Positions 1-9,555 of a stretch of 64,000 bases of DNA are shown here, piece by piece. The position numbers and the translations under genes are program-made. Numbering within the stretch: position 1 is the stretch's first letter; each line of letters starts with the position of its first letter. This DNA comes from Plasmodiophora brassicae. Its lineage: Eukaryota. The notes under the pieces are model-generated. The model made no database searches. It worked only from the letters and a program-made list of their open reading frames with translations, and was not told the origin of the DNA. The stretch covers positions 310,001 through 374,000 of the forward strand of contig CP145418.1 in NCBI GenBank assembly GCA_036867785.1, given 5' to 3'.

Positions 1-236
1 TCCAATGGCAGCAACGGTGATTGGTGAACGGTGTGTTCGGCGATTTCTAAATCGAGCAACTGCGGCCAGCCCAGAATTAGCGTCCGCTTGGACCCGCTCT
101 CCAGCTCGGCCCGAATTGGTCAATGCCGGCGCTTTCGCCCATGTGCATGGCAGCTATGCCTGGCAGGACCGGCCAATGCGCAGTCGCTATCTGGTTTATG
201 AAAGGAGCGGAAAGGTTGATGGCTAATCGGATGCGG

Positions 237-2372
237 TTAGAAATCAATGACGGACGGGCGCCCGGATGCGACTTCGACCGCCAGCGATGGGCCGGCGACC
301 AGCTGGGTGGTGGGGGCAGGGCGTTTGTACTTGCGCACCGCGAGCAGAACGGCGACGCCGCCGAAGACCAGCAAGACAAAGAAGATCCAGGGCAGAAGCG
401 ACACGACGACCTTGATCGGGTTGACAGGAACCAGAGGTGGTGGCGGTCCCCGCGTTCCAGGCTCGCGCTTGAGCGTCTGCTTGATTGTACGGCCCATGGC
501 AGCAGCACCAAGGGCGCCACCAACACCGAGCGCGGCGGTCGCCAATCCTGCTGCCTTCATCGGCGATACCGCTTTACCGCCCTGAACAGGGGCCGGCATC
601 GGCGCCGATGCGGAGGAACCGCGACCGAACGCGAACATTGACGTCAGGAGGCCAATGGCGCCGGTCGCAAGGACACCAGTACCAGCGTATGCCGCCTTGC
701 GCGTTAACGACGTTGCCCCGGCGAGTTCCTTCTTCGTCGCGTTCAGGCGACCCGCCAGGTCATCCCTCATATCGCGGAGGCGTCGATTTTCGTTAGATCG
801 GCCATTCAAATTCTTCGTCGCGCTGTTCAGTTGATCGCTCAGTTCCCCGGTTTCCTTCTCGAGCATAACGACGCGCGTATTCGCCTCGGCCAGCTCTTTC
901 GTCAGGTTGTTTGCCTTCACCTCCAGTTCTTCCCTCGCCTTACAAGTATTGGTCAGGTCGTTCTCCTTGGTGCGCAGGCCACGGTTCAAAGTCTCGATCA
1001 TTTGCGTTTGCTGACCATTCGCCGTGCGGGCGTCCTCCAGGTCCTTCTCAATAGTCTCGAGCGAACTCTTCAGCTCGGCGATCTCCTCCTGAAGGCGGTG
1101 TTTGTCACTGCGAAAGGTGTCCAACTCCTTCTCGGCCGTGTCAAGGCGACCTTTCAGTACCTTGACAGTACCGTCGCGCTTCTTGACAAGGGCCTCCGAC
1201 TCGCGCAGCTTGTTGCTCAGTTCCTTATTCGTCTCTTCCAGCGATGCAATCATTTGCGAGTTCCCGTTGTTGGTAGCGCGGCATTTGCCCAGTTGCTCGT
1301 TGACGTCAGCCAGCTGTTTCTGCAGCGATTCACTCGTTTCCCGAAGGTGCTGGGATTCCGAGTGGCTCTCGTTCAGGCTGTGCATTGTGTCCGCCAGACG
1401 AAGTTCCAGTTGTTCCAGTCCCTTCGTCAGGTTGTGCTTTTCTCCCATCAGCTGCGAAATCGTTTGGCCGTAGCCGGCGCTCGCAGCGCACGTCGCGGTC
1501 AGATTGGATTCGGTGCTTTTGAGTCGACCTTTGAGGACGGAATTCGACTGCCGAAGGCGCACGTTCTCCTCACGACAGGTGCTCAGCTCACCTGTCACCT
1601 TTTTCAGGTCATCAGTAGACGTTTCGTGGGTATACCTCAACTTATGCAGCTCGGCATCCAACGTGGCTTTCGTCACTTCCAACGACAATATCTCTTCTGC
1701 TTGGACGTGGATCTGATGCTGGGCCGCCGTCAGCTGCTTCGTGAGACTTGCAAGCTCCTGTTGGTGGTTATTCGACGCCCTCGCGTGTTCGTCTCGCACA
1801 GACTGGAGGCTGTTCTCAAGTTCTTCAACTTCCTCCTGTTTCATATCGACCTGTTGTTCGAGGTTCGTGACGGATGCCTGGGAATCGCTGAGTTTCGTCT
1901 TCGTCTCCTAGGCGGGGTTCACGTCAGAACGGGGGGCAACCCCAGATTGCTGGTCGCTGCAACGTATACGGCTCACCTGGAATTCGGAGCGCGTTGCTTT
2001 GAGCTCCTGCCGAAGCTCGACCAGTTCCCTATCCTTCGTGGCCAGAGCATCGGCCTGTTCCTGGAGCGAAGACGATGCTGTCTCGAGTTCCCGCCGAACA
2101 TCCTGCAGCTCTCGGTCCTTCACCTCCAGTTGCGCCCGGAACGAGGACGATGCTGCCTCGAGTTGATGCCGAGCATCTTGGAGCTCTCGTTCCTTCTTCT
2201 CCAATAGCCCCCGAATCTGATTCAGCTGGGACTCTCGCGCTGTCTCCGTACTTGGGTGAGCATGCTTCTTCTTATTGGTCCTGCCGCTCGCAGAAGAGAC
2301 ATTCAGGCCGCAAGCGACGATGATCGCGACGAACATGATCATCGGGACGGGCCGGTGGCGTCCTGCCGACAT
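237..2372 (-). CDS. Coiled-coil/glycine-zipper membrane protein, array copy 1 (2 exons: 2372-1977, 1907-237; ~688 aa)
   Basis: Signal-like MIMFVAIIVACGLNVSSA. A GTGAGC...CTAG intron at 1976-1908 joins the two ORFs in frame. Long heptad region, GTGVLATGAIG and KAAGLATAALGVGGALGAAAM zippers, LLPW TM helix, C-terminus GRPSVIDF. Confidence 0.85.
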
Positions 2373-2512
2373 GGTTTTCCAAATGACGAGACGACCACCG
2401 GCACGATCCAGATTTAGGAGCAGCGGCGCGCCCTGTGACCCATGTCCTGATTTAGAATCGCAGGTAATCGCACGTATAGGTGCTACTCTGGTTGGTACGA
2501 CTTTCCGAGTGT

Positions 2513-3670
2513 TTAATACATGATGTCAGATGGGCGTCGAGCAGCGGCAGTAACGGCCGATGCCAGATCAGGCGGCGACATCGCCTGCCTAGAACGGGAT
2601 TTCTCGCTGGCGCGCAGGGCGACCACGACGCCAACGCCAACAAGCGCGACCAGGACGAACAGAGCCCATGGGAGAACGCTGACAATCCAGTGTGCGTCCC
2701 GAGAATCTTGCCTGGCGTTTGGTTTCGGGACACCGGCGCCCGCTGGAACCACCTTCGCCCTCGTCAGTTTGTGCATCGCGGCAGCTCCCACACCTGCGCC
2801 GACGGCAACGCCGGCCGTTGCCCATCCCGCTGTCTCTATCAGCGACGAGCCGGCCGATTCGGGCGTCTTCCCGGCACCCGACGCGAGCATCTTCACTTTA
2901 AGGACGCCCAGGGCGACAGCAACAGCAGTCGTTCCTAAGAGCTTTCTTGTCCACGACCGGTTATCAGCGTCCGCCTTCGACACCTTCTGCTTCAGCTTGT
3001 CCTGTTGCTGCCTGGCGGCACTGAGCTGGGCCGACAGGTTCGCTATAACGGCGCTGGCTCGACCGTCTGTATCATTCAAGGTCGATTCCAGAAGCGCGAT
3101 CGTGGCCAGGTCTCTCAGACGGGTTTTCAGCATTATTTGGAATTGCTCGTGGGCTTTGCGGAGCCGGACCTGCTGGCGCATGGCTCGGTACGCAGCCTTC
3201 TCGATCGACTCGTCGCGTTCTGTGGGTAAACCCGGTTCGCGCCCGGATATCCGGTTGTCCGTCTCCTGCTTCAGAGTCGAAACCTCGTCAAGCAACGCCT
3301 TGATGCGACGCTCACTCGTCGACACGTTCGACTGCAGCTGCACAATGGTCGCCTCCTTTTCATCCATGTCGCGCTCCAGGCGGGCGACCGTCGCTCGCAG
3401 TTGGTGGCACAGGTCGACAGCGTCCCGCACTCCATCATCTCGCTCGCGTACAACTCTGAGAAGTTCGTTCAACCTCGAACGCATCTCGTGGACGTGGACC
3501 CAGGTATAGGCGGATTCGCCCGACAGGGACTTGATCGCGTCCTGGATCATACGCAGGATGTCAGGCGGCGACTCGTCACTACTATTGCTACTAGACGCCA
3601 CGCTGTCCAGGCCAAACGACACCGCCAACAGCAGCGCGAGCACCAGGTGGTGATGACGGACAGACATCAT
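2513..3670 (-). CDS. Coiled-coil/glycine-zipper membrane protein, array copy 2 (~385 aa)
   Basis: ATG 3670, signal LVLALLLAVSFGLDSVAS, coiled coil, RSW motif, AGWATAGVAVGAGVGAAAM, VLPW TM, C-terminus RRPSDIMY. Confidence 0.88.
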   Translation of the reverse strand: MMSVRHHHLVLALLLAVSFGLDSVASSSNSSDESPPDILRMIQDAIKSLSGESAYTWVHVHEMRSRLNELLRVVRERDDGVRDAVDLCHQLRATVARLERDMDEKEATIVQLQSNVSTSERRIKALLDEVSTLKQETDNRISGREPGLPTERDESIEKAAYRAMRQQVRLRKAHEQFQIMLKTRLRDLATIALLESTLNDTDGRASAVIANLSAQLSAARQQQDKLKQKVSKADADNRSWTRKLLGTTAVAVALGVLKVKMLASGAGKTPESAGSSLIETAGWATAGVAVGAGVGAAAMHKLTRAKVVPAGAGVPKPNARQDSRDAHWIVSVLPWALFVLVALVGVGVVVALRASEKSRSRQAMSPPDLASAVTAAARRPSDIMY

Positions 3671-3900
3671 GGCACCGACGCGACTGGGCCTGGGCCTCCG
3701 GCCAGTGTGAGCAGAAGACCGCAATCTCGACTGCTCCGCCAGATTTGCCGCCCGCCGCAGTTTCGGGCTGCCCGAGATTCAGATCTGCGCGACTCTGTCG
3801 TATGTGGAACAACGTACGCCCCACAGTGCATCCTACGTATAGGGCAACATGCAATACATTGACAAGTGGGTTGTCGTCAAATCGCGTGACAGAACGGTTG

Positions 3901-4821
3901 TTAGTACTCGATGACGGATGGGCGCTGCGTCGCGGCGACGATGTCCGGTGTCGCGCTCGACGCCAACTTGGCAGCGTCTGTCCGCGCTTTCATGCGCATG
4001 GCGATCACGATGGCAACGCCGGCACCGAGGACAAGGACGAGAAGGACCCATGGCAGGACGTTGGCGACCGACCTTGTAGTGGCCTGCGGGCTTGGCTTGG
4101 CCGTACCGTCGTCCGCCGGGACGTCCATGTGATCATTCTGCTTCGTCTTTGCGATCCTGTGCATTGCGGCGGCTCCAATTCCTCCGCCGACTACCAGGCC
4201 TGCTGCCGTTGCCAACCCGGCTGCCTTCATCATCGACGACGTTTCCTTCGGATGTTCACCCTTCTTCGGAACGGGTGCAAGCATCGGCGCTAGTTTGGAG
4301 ATGCCCAGACCCGCAATAAGGCCCATAGTAGCACCCCTGGTCGCCGATGCCCATGATCGCTGCGAATCGTTCAACTTCTGTTGCGTATCGCGATTAAGAT
4401 CCGTCATCCGGACGATCTCGTCACGAGCGCCTTGCAGTTCCTGGCGGGCATTAGCGATCGTGCGCACCAGATCCAGATTCCGACGCTCTTTGGTGGCAAC
4501 ATCCAGTTTCAGGCCATCGATGGTCGCTGTGTCGTTCCGTCGAATGCTTTCTAGGGATTGGATTCGTTCCCGGGCATCGCGCATCTGGCGTTTGAGATCA
4601 ACTGCATCCTCTTCTGCCTTGCTCTGGTGTTTCGCCCCGGCCTCGAGTTCGCGGATCCTGTCATTACTCTGCTTGAGTTCAGCGCGCAGACGTTGGATCG
4701 TCTGTTTCCTTTTCTTCCCGTTCGAATCTCCCTTGGCGCCCGTGACGCTCTCCAGGCAGACGGCCAACGCAATCAGCAAACACAACGTGCTCGACAAACG
4801 GCAGCTACCGAACGCCGACAT
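3901..4821 (-). CDS. Coiled-coil/glycine-zipper membrane protein, array copy 3 (~306 aa)
   Basis: ATG 4821, signal LCLLIALAVCLESVTG, RSW, GATMGLIAGLG, KAAGLATAAGLVVGGGIGAAAM, VLPW TM, C-terminus QRPSVIEY. Confidence 0.88.
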   Translation of the reverse strand: MSAFGSCRLSSTLCLLIALAVCLESVTGAKGDSNGKKRKQTIQRLRAELKQSNDRIRELEAGAKHQSKAEEDAVDLKRQMRDARERIQSLESIRRNDTATIDGLKLDVATKERRNLDLVRTIANARQELQGARDEIVRMTDLNRDTQQKLNDSQRSWASATRGATMGLIAGLGISKLAPMLAPVPKKGEHPKETSSMMKAAGLATAAGLVVGGGIGAAAMHRIAKTKQNDHMDVPADDGTAKPSPQATTRSVANVLPWVLLVLVLGAGVAIVIAMRMKARTDAAKLASSATPDIVAATQRPSVIEY

Positions 4822-5004
4822 CGATTCAAATGTGACCGCGATGGCACCGATTCGCACCTGAAGAACGCTGCGGCCGGGACCCGCACGAAGCAGTCGACAG
4901 ACCCCTATTTAGAATCGCGCTGTGGCCCGATTTAGACGAAGGGCATACCACGACGCCTTGTTCGTACGACATAGCCGGCATGGGGTGACACGCGTCCCAG
5001 TGGT

Positions 5005-6012
5005 TTAGTAATTGATGTGAGATGGGCGCCGAGCAGCGACTTCAGCGGCCGAAAGCCGTCCAGACCGAAACATCCAGTTGCTGGCGCGTGCCCTCGCTTT
5101 CAGACGCCGCGTGACAGCAACAGCAGCGCCGGCTACGACGACCAGGGCGAGTAGCACCCATGGAAGAATGACAGCAACCCGGCTCGTGGCCGACGGCGAG
5201 TCGCGCTTGGCACCACGTTTGGGAATGTTGTCGTCGACGTGCGCAATTCCGTTCCTGCCCGCCTTCGCCAGACGTTGCACCGCCAATGCTCCGATTCCAC
5301 CACCGATCGCAAGACTGGCCGTTGTCTTCGTCAGCGACGCTAGGATGCCCTCTGCCTTTTCCGGCACCGGATCGGGGGTCGGTTTCGGGCGGGGGACGCC
5401 CGCGCTGGTGGCAACGGCACCGACAACGGCACCGGCAACGACACCGGTCATAAGTTTCCACACGTCCGTTCTGCCCTGTCTGCGTTTCAGCTGGGTGCGC
5501 AGGGCCGCCTCGGTCGCTTTGGACCGATTGCTGTTGGATTCCAGGGCTGATTCCAGACTGGCAATCATCAGCGACTTGCCCGTTTCGCTGTCCACCAGGT
5601 CGTCGATTCGTTTCTTGGCGGTGGCGAGTTCGCCCCCTAATTGTTTGTACTTAGCCGCAGTGCCTTGCTCCGCTGTGATGTTCGACTGAAGTCGAACAAT
5701 CTCGGCGTCCTTGTCGTTCACGTCCCGTCGAAGCTGCTCGATCTCCTGCATTCTTTCGTCACCGTCGCGGTGCAGGCCGGTGACCTCCTGTCCCAATTGC
5801 TCGACAACGTCGGCAAGGGACTCCAACAAGGGTAGACCTGCAGACGCTGGAACGTTCTCCTTTTGAAGTACGGCGCGCAGGCCCTCGATCCGGCTCCGAA
5901 TCGAACGGAACGTCCCCTCGGTAGACGCCACGCCCTCCAGGCCGGCGAATACCACCGCGAACAGCAGAAGCAATGCCATGCTCGGCAGGCGGCGCCGATC
6001 GATCGGCGTCAT
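5005..6012 (-). CDS. Coiled-coil/glycine-zipper membrane protein, array copy 4 (335 aa)
   Basis: Signal MALLLLFAVVFAGLEGVAS, coiled coil, GVVAGAVVG, SLAIGGGIGALAV, ILPW TM, C-terminus RRPSHINY. Confidence 0.88.
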   Translation of the reverse strand: MTPIDRRRLPSMALLLLFAVVFAGLEGVASTEGTFRSIRSRIEGLRAVLQKENVPASAGLPLLESLADVVEQLGQEVTGLHRDGDERMQEIEQLRRDVNDKDAEIVRLQSNITAEQGTAAKYKQLGGELATAKKRIDDLVDSETGKSLMIASLESALESNSNRSKATEAALRTQLKRRQGRTDVWKLMTGVVAGAVVGAVATSAGVPRPKPTPDPVPEKAEGILASLTKTTASLAIGGGIGALAVQRLAKAGRNGIAHVDDNIPKRGAKRDSPSATSRVAVILPWVLLALVVVAGAAVAVTRRLKARARASNWMFRSGRLSAAEVAARRPSHINY

Positions 6013-6585
6013 CGAAACCTTGCCCTTGTAGGTTACCTACCAGGTCTGCCCAAGCCAGCGTCCCCGGCCGCGGTCTGCGCACGCTGCGCCAATCGCGGCA
6101 ACCCACGGGGTGCTGCTGCACTGCTGCGCCACGGACTTCACGGGCAGCTGCCGCGCTAAATATAGGGCGGCATTGTGCACATGCAGACGCCCAACAGGCA
6201 TGCCTATCGGTAGTGGGGCGCCCGCCTTGCAGGGTACCGATGGGCCGGGTGCTGCTGGCATGCGGGAAGGTTCGCGCGACGGACGGCAAGTACTTCCTGA
6301 CGGTATCAGGCCCCCTCGGCCGGAGGGGCAGAGACCTCCCGGCCTACCTGGTAGTTCCCCTATCAGCGTCCCGACCAGGAGCCGCAGACAAGAGAAGGCT
6401 TTGCGCGATCGGGGCGGGTCACGCGTCGTACTGTAAAGTACTCCAAAGACCTCAAGCCCTGGCAGCGCCGAAGCGGATTCAGTCGAGGTATCCCGAACCG
6501 CAGGCCGGTTCCTACATGTACACGCGAGAGCTTGCTCGAACAAGCACCGGTGGTACTTTGATGGCGAACAGCACGCATTGGACGT

Positions 6586-7962
6586 TTAATATTCGATGGC
6601 CGACGGGCGACGTGCAGCGAGGACGATGGCCGGTGCCGTACCCGACGATGATGTCTTGTCGGCGTTGGCTTTCGTTTTCGCGCGCAAGGCGACGGTGGTC
6701 GCGACGCCCGCGAGAACGACGAGGACCAGCAGAACGAACGGGAGCACATTACCGATCCAGCTTGCCGTCTGTGGGCTCCGCTTGCTACTCGCTTCTGGAA
6801 CACCACCGGATGAAGGAATCACGCCACCCTTCTTCGCGATCGTCCGGTGCACCGCCAGCGCTCCCATTCCACCACCGATCGCCAGGCTTGCCGTCACCAG
6901 CCCGATCGTTTTCTTGCTCGGCGTAGCGTCGTTGGACGACCCCTCCACCTTCTTCCCACTTCCTGGAATGGTCGGCGTTGACATCAGCTTGGAGACGCCG
7001 AGACCAGCAACCAGGGCGCCACCCACGGCCCCCTTGATCGTCGGCACCCACGACCGTTTCGTATCGTTCAGTGCACGCCGCGTCTCGGCGTTCGATTCCT
7101 GCAGCGCCCGAAACTGACCCGCAACCAAATCAGCCGCATGACGGGTGTCACTCAGCCGCTGATTAGCCGTATCAAGCTTGGCTGACAGGTCCGCGATCGT
7201 TGTCCTGGCTTCGCCGTCCCTGTCAGCCATGTCCGATCGCAGGTTTGTGATTGTCGCTGCATCATTCCGTCGTAGGCCCTCTAGGGATTGGATCTGTGCC
7301 CTGAGGTCGCTGGCAATACACTCTCCCTGCTTGATCACGGCAGCGTCGTTCTGGGCCTGCGCCTCCAGCTGTGTGATCCTCGCCGTCTGGTTGGCAACTG
7401 TGGCCTTTCCCTCCGCCTTCAAGTTCGACATGTCGGTACGCAAACCGTCGATGGAGCGGTCTCTCTCCGCCACTTGCGACTGAAGCCGCCCAGTCTCGCC
7501 TTCGTACACTTGGACCTGGCCGCGCAACTCTGCGACCAATGTTTCCAGCTCGGTGATCTTGGCCTTGTTCTCCTGTTTCAGCGTCGTCAGGTTTGCGATT
7601 ACCTGGTCCTTTGCCGTCACATCCGCCAAGAGCTGGTTGATCGTCTGCTCTTGCGCATCGATGTCGCCCGGCATGCGCAACGTCTCCGATTCGTGGTCGG
7701 CATGGAGCTTCAAAACCGCTTCATCTAACGGCTTCGTTCCATCCTCCAGATTCCGGGCGTCCGATTGGAGTGCCTCCAGTTCGGCGCGGAACGCGTCGGC
7801 CCGGTCCCAGCTCGCATTGCTCGGCAGCGCCTGGATCAACCTCTGGATCTTGGCAATGAAGTGGTGCGGCGCGGCGGCAACGTCTGTCGACGCGACGCTG
7901 TCAAGAGCGGCGATGACCGCAAACAAGAAGAGCATGACGCTCGACAGACGACCCACCACCAT
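6586..7962 (-). CDS. Coiled-coil/glycine-zipper membrane protein, array copy 5 (~458 aa)
   Basis: ATG 7962, signal MLFLFAVIAALDSVAS, RSW, GAVGGALVAGLG, SLAIGGGMGALAV, VLPF TM, C-terminus RRPSAIEY. Confidence 0.88.
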   Translation of the reverse strand: MVVGRLSSVMLFLFAVIAALDSVASTDVAAAPHHFIAKIQRLIQALPSNASWDRADAFRAELEALQSDARNLEDGTKPLDEAVLKLHADHESETLRMPGDIDAQEQTINQLLADVTAKDQVIANLTTLKQENKAKITELETLVAELRGQVQVYEGETGRLQSQVAERDRSIDGLRTDMSNLKAEGKATVANQTARITQLEAQAQNDAAVIKQGECIASDLRAQIQSLEGLRRNDAATITNLRSDMADRDGEARTTIADLSAKLDTANQRLSDTRHAADLVAGQFRALQESNAETRRALNDTKRSWVPTIKGAVGGALVAGLGVSKLMSTPTIPGSGKKVEGSSNDATPSKKTIGLVTASLAIGGGMGALAVHRTIAKKGGVIPSSGGVPEASSKRSPQTASWIGNVLPFVLLVLVVLAGVATTVALRAKTKANADKTSSSGTAPAIVLAARRPSAIEY

Positions 7963-8112
7963 GATCGCCCCGGCGACGTCTACCAGCAGCAGCGGTGCCT
8001 CGTGCGTTTGCCAGCGCCAACAATAGCCGTCGACCAGTGACCCGAAATAGAGCGCGCGTCCGGCGAACGCCACGCGCTGTTGAATGTATTCATACGGTCA
8101 GCTGTGGACCTT

Positions 8113-9000
8113 AGGTAGAACTCGATGGCAGAGGGACGACGGGTAGCCGCAGCAACGGCAGACGCGTGACCCGGCGACAACGTCGACGTGCCCGGCTGTA
8201 GTCTCGCTTTACGACGCAGAGCGACCGCAACAGCAGCGCCTGCGACGGTGACCAGGGCGAGCAGGACCCACGGCAGAACAACAACAGTCCAGGTCGGCGA
8301 CCTCGACCTGGATTGTTGCCGGGAGCATGATCCTTTGCGGGAACGGCGCCGACACCCTGCTTCGCCTTCGAGGAACGACTCAGCGCGGCCGCCCCCAATG
8401 CGGACCCGATATCGCAAGGCTTGCCGCTGCCAGACCAGCGAGTCGTCACCGGCGATTCGCTGATGCCTTGACTCTTCGGAATCGGGTCGCCTCGTCGTCC
8501 CCCAGGAACGTGCCGGCAGGTCAGCATTTCCGACATCCCTTTGGGCACGCATCCCCCGCGTTTCATTGTCCTTGGCGGCCACGCTCGATCGCAGGTCGAT
8601 GATTGTCGCCGTATCATTGTGTTCGCTCGGCGGAGTCGTGCCGACGGATCGTGGCTTCACGTTCTGCGATGGTTGACTGGAGTTTAGAAATCTCATTGCC
8701 CGTCTCGCATGCTTCAGCGCTGACATTTCACCGTTCAAATCGAGGTGACGTCTACCACTCCTTGACCCAAGATCTTTCCGGTGCACTTCCTGCCGCAATT
8801 GCACGATTCGATTCTCCATGGTCAGAGCGATACCGTGCGTGGTCTGTAACTCCTGACGAAGGCGTATGATGGAAACGCTTGGTGCTCAGTTCCCGGGACA
8901 ACCTCGCGATCATTACAGAAAAGGCGGGCGTCGGCTCATCTCACGCCGAGCGCCAGCACAACCAGCAGAAGCAACATGCTCAACAGACAGCCCAGAGGAC
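8113..9000 (-). pseudogene. Degraded array copy 6
   Basis: The signal-like MLLLLVVLALGVR ends in a stop at 8936. Family motifs are split over different frames (NDTATI and RSW in one, IGSALGAAAL in another). VLPW TM and RRPSAIEF are intact, but the expected stop reads TAC. Confidence 0.75.
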
Positions 9001-9555
9001 CCGCGTTCCACCAATGGAAACCGAATGCGATGGACGCCCCCCTTCCCCCTCGAAGCGGACCACAATCAAGCAGCTCTGTTTCCACCATGTCCCGATTTAG
9101 GCTCGAAGGTTCGCCTCCGCGGGCAACAGGAAGCCACTCGAGACCGATGCCCCCGGCTGCTGGGCCGACACAGAGAGTAAAACGGGTGATGTATAGTCGT
9201 GGCCCACTACTACCGGCCTGGCGCCTCCCGGCGCTGCACTCGTCGTCGTCTGCCTCCCATGCGTAACGGACGATGATCCAGCGTTCACCGGACCGGTGCG
9301 GACGTCGTACGTCGCCATCGGGCGACAGCGCATCGCGGCTGTCTCTGAAATCCCATAACCGATGGCAAGATCGTGCCAATGGATGCGACCTCCGGTTCCG
9401 CCCGCGCCCCGATGTTGCCCGAATCTACTCTACCCCGATTGCTACGTCTGATATGGCGCCGCCGGCCGACACTGACCGACTCACCACGCGTTGAGTGTCG
9501 GAATCAACACAAACGGACGATGTATTGGTATGGTCGTTTGCGCGAATGACGACGC

